Below are positions 59,576 to 64,000 of a DNA stretch of 64,000 nucleotides, in pieces (position 1 is the first letter of the stretch; every line of letters starts with the position of its first letter). The translations under genes and the position numbers were made by a program. The stretch spans positions 2,112,001-2,176,000 of the forward strand of contig OY764216.1 of NCBI GenBank assembly GCA_963668315.1, given 5' to 3'. The stretch comes from Spirochaetia bacterium (GTDB lineage Bacteria; Spirochaetota; Spirochaetia; DSM-2461). A model generated the notes under the pieces. It did not search any database. It had not been told where the DNA came from and worked only from the letters and a program-made list of their open reading frames with translations.

Positions 59576-60688
59576 ATGACTGTAGGAACCGTAAAGGAAA
59601 TCAAGAAGCACGAGTATCGGATCGGACTGACTCCCCAGTGTGTTAAAAGCTATGTACAGCACGGGCACAGGGTCGTTGTGGAAAAAGGCGCCGGCGAGGG
59701 CGCCGGGTTCTCCGACGGGGAATATGCCGCCGCCGGGGCGGATATGTATGGCGATGCCGGGGCGGTTTTCGCCGATGCCGATATGATCGTCAAGGTAAAG
59801 GAACCGCAGAAAGAGGAGTATGAGATGCTCCGGGAGGATCAGATTCTCTACACCTATCTGCATCTAGCGGCCGATAAGCCCCAGACCGACGGTCTTCTGA
59901 AAAGCGGCGCCAAATGCATCGCCTACGAAACCATGGAGAAGGATGACGGCACTCTTCCCTGTCTGAAGCCGATGAGCGAGATCGCCGGAAGACTGAGCAT
60001 TCAGGAAGGGGCGAAATATCTGGAAAAGCCCTTCGGCGGGCGAGGGGTGCTTCTCGGCGGCGTGCCCGGTGTCGCCCGGGGGAAAGTCGCCATTCTCGGG
60101 GGCGGCGTTGTTGGCGCCAATGCGGCCCAGATCGCCATGGGAATGGGGGCGGAAGTGACCATTCTGGATATTAACGCCGCCCGTCTCGAGTATCTGGACC
60201 ACCTTTATATGGGCCGTCTGAGTACGCTCTATTCCACGCCGGCCAATATTGAAAGGGCGGTCCGGGAGAGCGATCTGATTATCGGAGCGGTGCTTATTCC
60301 CGGCGCCCGGGCCCCCCGCCTGCTGACGCGGGAGCATCTTAAGCTGATGAAGAAAGGCTCCGTCATCGTGGATGTGGCCATTGACCAGGGAGGCTGCCTG
60401 GAAACATCCCGGCCCACCACCCATGACGACCCCGTTTTTACTGTGGACGGTGTGGTTCATTACTGCGTGGCCAACATGCCCGGGGCCGTATCCCGTACGT
60501 CCACCCTGGCCCTGACCAGTACGACTCTGGTTCCGGGACTCCTCCTTGCCGACAAGGGGGTGGAACAGGCCTGCAGGGAAAGCATACTTATACGAAAGGG
60601 GTTGAATATATATAAAGGACATTGTACATTTCCTGATGTGGCCCGGGTATTCGGGCTTCCCTATAAACCCGTTGAAGAGGTAATTTAA
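59576..60688 (+). CDS. ald: Alanine dehydrogenase
   Basis: KEIKKHEYR, KVKEP, YLHLA, MSEIAG, DVAIDQGG, VANMPG. Confidence 0.96.
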   Translation: MTVGTVKEIKKHEYRIGLTPQCVKSYVQHGHRVVVEKGAGEGAGFSDGEYAAAGADMYGDAGAVFADADMIVKVKEPQKEEYEMLREDQILYTYLHLAADKPQTDGLLKSGAKCIAYETMEKDDGTLPCLKPMSEIAGRLSIQEGAKYLEKPFGGRGVLLGGVPGVARGKVAILGGGVVGANAAQIAMGMGAEVTILDINAARLEYLDHLYMGRLSTLYSTPANIERAVRESDLIIGAVLIPGARAPRLLTREHLKLMKKGSVIVDVAIDQGGCLETSRPTTHDDPVFTVDGVVHYCVANMPGAVSRTSTLALTSTTLVPGLLLADKGVEQACRESILIRKGLNIYKGHCTFPDVARVFGLPYKPVEEVI

Positions 60689-61126
60689 GTGTACACGCCG
60701 GACGATCTGGATTGGAAAATCATTGACATCCTCCGTAAAGAGGATCAATCCAATAATGCTGTGGCAAGACAGCTGGGTATATCCGAAGGAACCGTCCGGC
60801 AGCGGCTCAAACGTCTCAAAGAGGCGGACATCCTGACGGTAAGGGCTCAGATCAATCCGGAAGTACTGGCCGGTCAGCAGCTGGCCCTGGTGGGAATCTC
60901 CATTCAGGAGAGCTGCTACCTGAAGGAGAGGGTAAAGGAGATCTCCGCTTTGCCCGATGTCCTCTCCGCCTCCATCATCAGCGGTCGCTACGATATTATT
61001 GCCGAAGTCCTTACCGATTCCAATCACGGTCTTGTAGAATTCCTCACGAATCAGCTATCCGGAATCAAGGGGATAGGTTCCACAGAAACCTTTGTTATTC
61101 TGAAGAGTTACAACAAATACGTATAG
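60689..61126 (+). CDS. Lrp/AsnC-family transcriptional regulator
   Basis: DDLDWKII...LGISEGTVRQRLKRL, SGRYD. Confidence 0.9.
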   Translation: MYTPDDLDWKIIDILRKEDQSNNAVARQLGISEGTVRQRLKRLKEADILTVRAQINPEVLAGQQLALVGISIQESCYLKERVKEISALPDVLSASIISGRYDIIAEVLTDSNHGLVEFLTNQLSGIKGIGSTETFVILKSYNKYV

Positions 61127-61186
61127 AGACGGACGGAACGTTCACTTTCTGTTGATTACTTTCATCACAATCCCTATAATAACTCC

Positions 61187-61948
61187 ATGACTATCGGTGA
61201 ATTTGACAGCTGGGTCCGGTCTTTTCTGAATATTGACGAAATGGCAGGCAAGGACTATTCCCTCAACGGCCTCCAGGTGGGAGACGCCTCCCGGGAAATT
61301 CATAAAATCGCCTTCGCCGTGGATGGTGTCAAGGCGGTATTCGACCAGGCGGCCCGGGAAAAGGCCGATCTGATATTTGTGCATCACGGACTTTTCTGGG
61401 GACGGGAGCAGGCCGTGACGGGTGTGCATTACCATCGCCTGGCTTCCCTTATCAAGAACGACATCGCTCTCTACGCCGCCCATCTGCCCCTCGATATGGA
61501 CGGGGACGTGGGAAACAACATCGGCCTGGCCCGAAGGCTCGGACTGACCGATGTGGAACCCTTCGGAGACTTCCGGGGAAAGAAAATCGGCTTTACGGGA
61601 AATCTGCCCGTACCCGCCCGTCCGGAGGACCTGGTGATGCGCCTTTTCGGCGGCTGGGAACCGGAGATCCGCCTGATGGATTTCGGGCCCGATATGGTGC
61701 GCCGCGTCGCCCTGATTTCCGGCGGAGCCCCCGACGACGTCTCCCAGGCTATTGAGATCGGTGCCGACCTCTATATCACGGGAGAGTCGAAACACTCCAT
61801 CTACCACCTGTGCCGTGAGGCGGGAATAAACGTTATCTTCGGGGGGCATTACCGCACCGAGACGGACGGCGTCCTGAGTGTCAAAAAGAAGGTGGAAGAG
61901 GAACTGAAGCTGGATACGGTTTACATCGACATACCTACCGGTTACTGA
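61187..61948 (+). CDS. Nif3/YbgI-family dinuclear metal protein
   Basis: NGLQV, VHHGLFW, HLPLD, GGHYRTE. Confidence 0.92.
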   Translation: MTIGEFDSWVRSFLNIDEMAGKDYSLNGLQVGDASREIHKIAFAVDGVKAVFDQAAREKADLIFVHHGLFWGREQAVTGVHYHRLASLIKNDIALYAAHLPLDMDGDVGNNIGLARRLGLTDVEPFGDFRGKKIGFTGNLPVPARPEDLVMRLFGGWEPEIRLMDFGPDMVRRVALISGGAPDDVSQAIEIGADLYITGESKHSIYHLCREAGINVIFGGHYRTETDGVLSVKKKVEEELKLDTVYIDIPTGY

Positions 61949-61968
61949 TTACGATTAAGGAGACATCA

Positions 61969-62508
61969 TTGCTGGAAAAAAAGCAACTTAAGCCATTTAT
62001 ACTGACGGCCGTTATCATCGTTCTTGATCAGCTGACGAAGCTGATTGTTGTCAAAAACATACCGGCCTATGACTGGAACAGTTTCATTACCGTGCTGGGA
62101 AACGATTTCTTCCGCATCATCCATGTGAGAAACCTGGGAGTGGCCTTCAGCATGGGAGACGGCCTTTCCGAGGTTTTCCGCTTTATCCTTCTCATGATTC
62201 TGCCCCTTGCGGTTCTTGTGTGGGTAGGTCGGATCATTTATCTTCGTGAAAAGGAAGGCCTTTCCGTTTATCAGAGCTGGCTTCTGGCAGGAATCGTCGG
62301 CGGGGGTCTGGGAAATCTCATCGACCGTTTTTTCCGTCCCGAAGGAGTCGTCGATTTTCTGGATTTCAAGTTCTACGGTCTTTTCGGCCTGGAGAGATGG
62401 CCCACTTTTAACGTGGCCGATTCCGCCGTTGTCGTAACGGTTCTGCTTCTTCTCATATCGTTTGTTGTGCAGACATTAAAAAAAGAAAGGAAAAATGAAA
62501 ATGAATAA
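61969..62508 (+). CDS. lspA: Lipoprotein signal peptidase II
   Basis: DQLTK, NLGVAFS, GNLIDR, VVDF, FNVAD. Confidence 0.95.
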   Translation: MLEKKQLKPFILTAVIIVLDQLTKLIVVKNIPAYDWNSFITVLGNDFFRIIHVRNLGVAFSMGDGLSEVFRFILLMILPLAVLVWVGRIIYLREKEGLSVYQSWLLAGIVGGGLGNLIDRFFRPEGVVDFLDFKFYGLFGLERWPTFNVADSAVVVTVLLLLISFVVQTLKKERKNENE

Positions 62509-62776
62509 GACCCTCAATACCGTTCTGTTTATGATCATCGCCACTCTGGTCAATCTGATTATGATAGCCGTGATATTCTTCGTTCTGGTTATGATCCTCT
62601 CCCTCCTCCTCAACGAAAACTCCAGTTCCGAATTGATCACCATCGCCTACGGACTTTCGATTATTCTGGCCATAGGGGGGGGATTTTTCTTCTATAATAA
62701 ACTGATCCGCTGGGTCAATGAAAAATGGCATCTGGAAAACTACATTATTTCCAGTATGCGCCGTCCGAAAAAATAG
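62495..62776 (+). CDS. Small 2-TM membrane protein
   Basis: Two hydrophobic helices; overlaps the lspA end. Confidence 0.7.
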   Translation: MKMNKTLNTVLFMIIATLVNLIMIAVIFFVLVMILSLLLNENSSSELITIAYGLSIILAIGGGFFFYNKLIRWVNEKWHLENYIISSMRRPKK

Positions 62777-62811
62777 AACAGCCTCCCCGGACGCAGGGGA
62801 AGGAGTAAGAC

Positions 62812-64000
62812 ATGACGGGCAGAGAACGAATCCTCAATGTCCTGAATCAGAAGGAGACCGACCGAATCCCCTGGCTCCCCTTTGCCGGAGTTCATGCCGG
62901 TTATCTGGCCGGCTACACGGCCGAAGAGGTCTCCCGAGACGGGGATAAATGCCTCAGGGCCCTCAGGGAGGTAAACCGCCTCTACCGTCCGGACGGGCAG
63001 CCTGTCATGTTCGATCTGCAGATCGAAGCGGAAATCCTGGGATGTGATCTGTCCTGGTCGAAAGACTCACCTCCCGTGGTCATCTCCCATCCCCTGGAGG
63101 GAACCTGCGAAATCCCCCGTAAAATTCCCGGCGCCAATGAAGGGAGACTTTCCGTAGAATTGGACGTCATGAGGCGTATGAAGAAGGAGGTCGGTGATTT
63201 TACCGCCCTATACGGCCTTCTTACCGGTCCCTTTACGCTGGCCCTTCATCTGAGGGGCATGGATCTGTTCATGGATATGACCATGAATCCCGATTATGTA
63301 GCGAAACTTATCGATTACTGCACCGATGTGGCTGCTGCCGTCTCCGGATATTTTGTAGACGCCGGGATGGATGTCGTCGCGGTCGTTGATCCCCTGGTTT
63401 CCCAGATATCCCCCTCTCACTTCGGAGAATATCTGGAAGAGCCCTTTCGCAGACTGTTCAGCCTTATCGGAGAAAAAGGCGCAAAATCCTCCTTTTTTGT
63501 CTGCGGTGACGCCTTTGATAATCTGGAGCCCATGTGCCGAACCGGCTGCGACTCGGTTTCGGTGGACGAGAGCATCAGCCTGGCGGAAGCTAAGAAAATC
63601 TGTGATGCCCGGGGTGTCGTCCTCGGCGGGAATATCCCCCTGACCACGGTGATGCTCAACGGTACAGAACAGGATAATAGCAGATATGTCGTCGATCTCA
63701 TTGATTCACTGGATAATCACAGGAATCTGATTATCGCCACCGGATGCGACATGCCCTATGCCACGCCAAGGGAAAACGTTCTGGCCGCGGAACAGGCTGT
63801 ACACAATACGGACGCCGTCAGGGAAACACTCGGGAGTGGAAAGGCCGGCTTGGCGGAACCGGACGTGGAACTGCCCGATTACAAGAACCTGAAAAGACCT
63901 CTGGTTGAAGTCTTTCTCCTCGATCCCCTCTCCTGCGCTTCCTGCTCCTATATGCTGCGAGCCGCCCGTGAGGTCAAGGAGGAGTTCGGGGACCGGATTG
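62812..64000 (+). CDS. URO-D/MtaA-CmuA family protein with C-terminal thioredoxin-like domain, 3'-truncated
   Basis: AAGGAG RBS; my translation MTGRERIL...EAEILGC...GPFTLA...GGNIP...ATGCD...CASC is open to the window end and absent from the ORF track. Confidence 0.85.
   Translation, partial: MTGRERILNVLNQKETDRIPWLPFAGVHAGYLAGYTAEEVSRDGDKCLRALREVNRLYRPDGQPVMFDLQIEAEILGCDLSWSKDSPPVVISHPLEGTCEIPRKIPGANEGRLSVELDVMRRMKKEVGDFTALYGLLTGPFTLALHLRGMDLFMDMTMNPDYVAKLIDYCTDVAAAVSGYFVDAGMDVVAVVDPLVSQISPSHFGEYLEEPFRRLFSLIGEKGAKSSFFVCGDAFDNLEPMCRTGCDSVSVDESISLAEAKKICDARGVVLGGNIPLTTVMLNGTEQDNSRYVVDLIDSLDNHRNLIIATGCDMPYATPRENVLAAEQAVHNTDAVRETLGSGKAGLAEPDVELPDYKNLKRPLVEVFLLDPLSCASCSYMLRAAREVKEEFGDRI

Noticed and set aside
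1955..61849. Many long antisense or alternate-frame ORFs (e.g. 1955-2917, 5833-6831, 8584-9753, 13526-14809, 20005-21300, 29140-30660, 59864-61027)
   Set aside because: Shadows of well-supported genes, expected with high GC at third codon positions; no recognisable motifs

Overview
A mostly housekeeping, GC-rich bacterial chromosome segment. It is probably from a free-living spirochaete, an inference from the 'FANGGKE'-type sugar-binding-protein signal, the N-terminally extended UPRT and the nif3-lspA-small membrane protein cluster. It carries lysA-dapF, queG, deoC, metH, ilvN-ilvB, a cheA-MCP-cheW-cheB cluster, upp, oppA, a kduD/sugar-ABC/two-component cluster, rlmN, pdxK, ppaC, adk, ald and lspA. 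No rRNA, tRNA, CRISPR array, transposase or integrase was seen. Highlights: (1) a single AT-rich integron gene cassette (22304-23526) with a canonical attC, whose junctions reconstruct an insertion into a chromosomal GAT site with no integrase in the window; (2) two tandem 5-TM proteins resembling enterobacterial IgaA/UmoB, heading a probable operon that ends in a REC-HD-GYP protein; (3) a 62-codon Val/Leu/Ile leader ORF upstream of ilvNB; (4) an ECF sigma operon with a miniature MotA/ExbB-like protein; (5) a two-component locus with a His-less pseudokinase; (6) a CheA with an MshEN-like motif pair; (7) a candidate sRNA with anti-Shine-Dalgarno motifs. All assignments are by-eye motif recognition; no searches were run.
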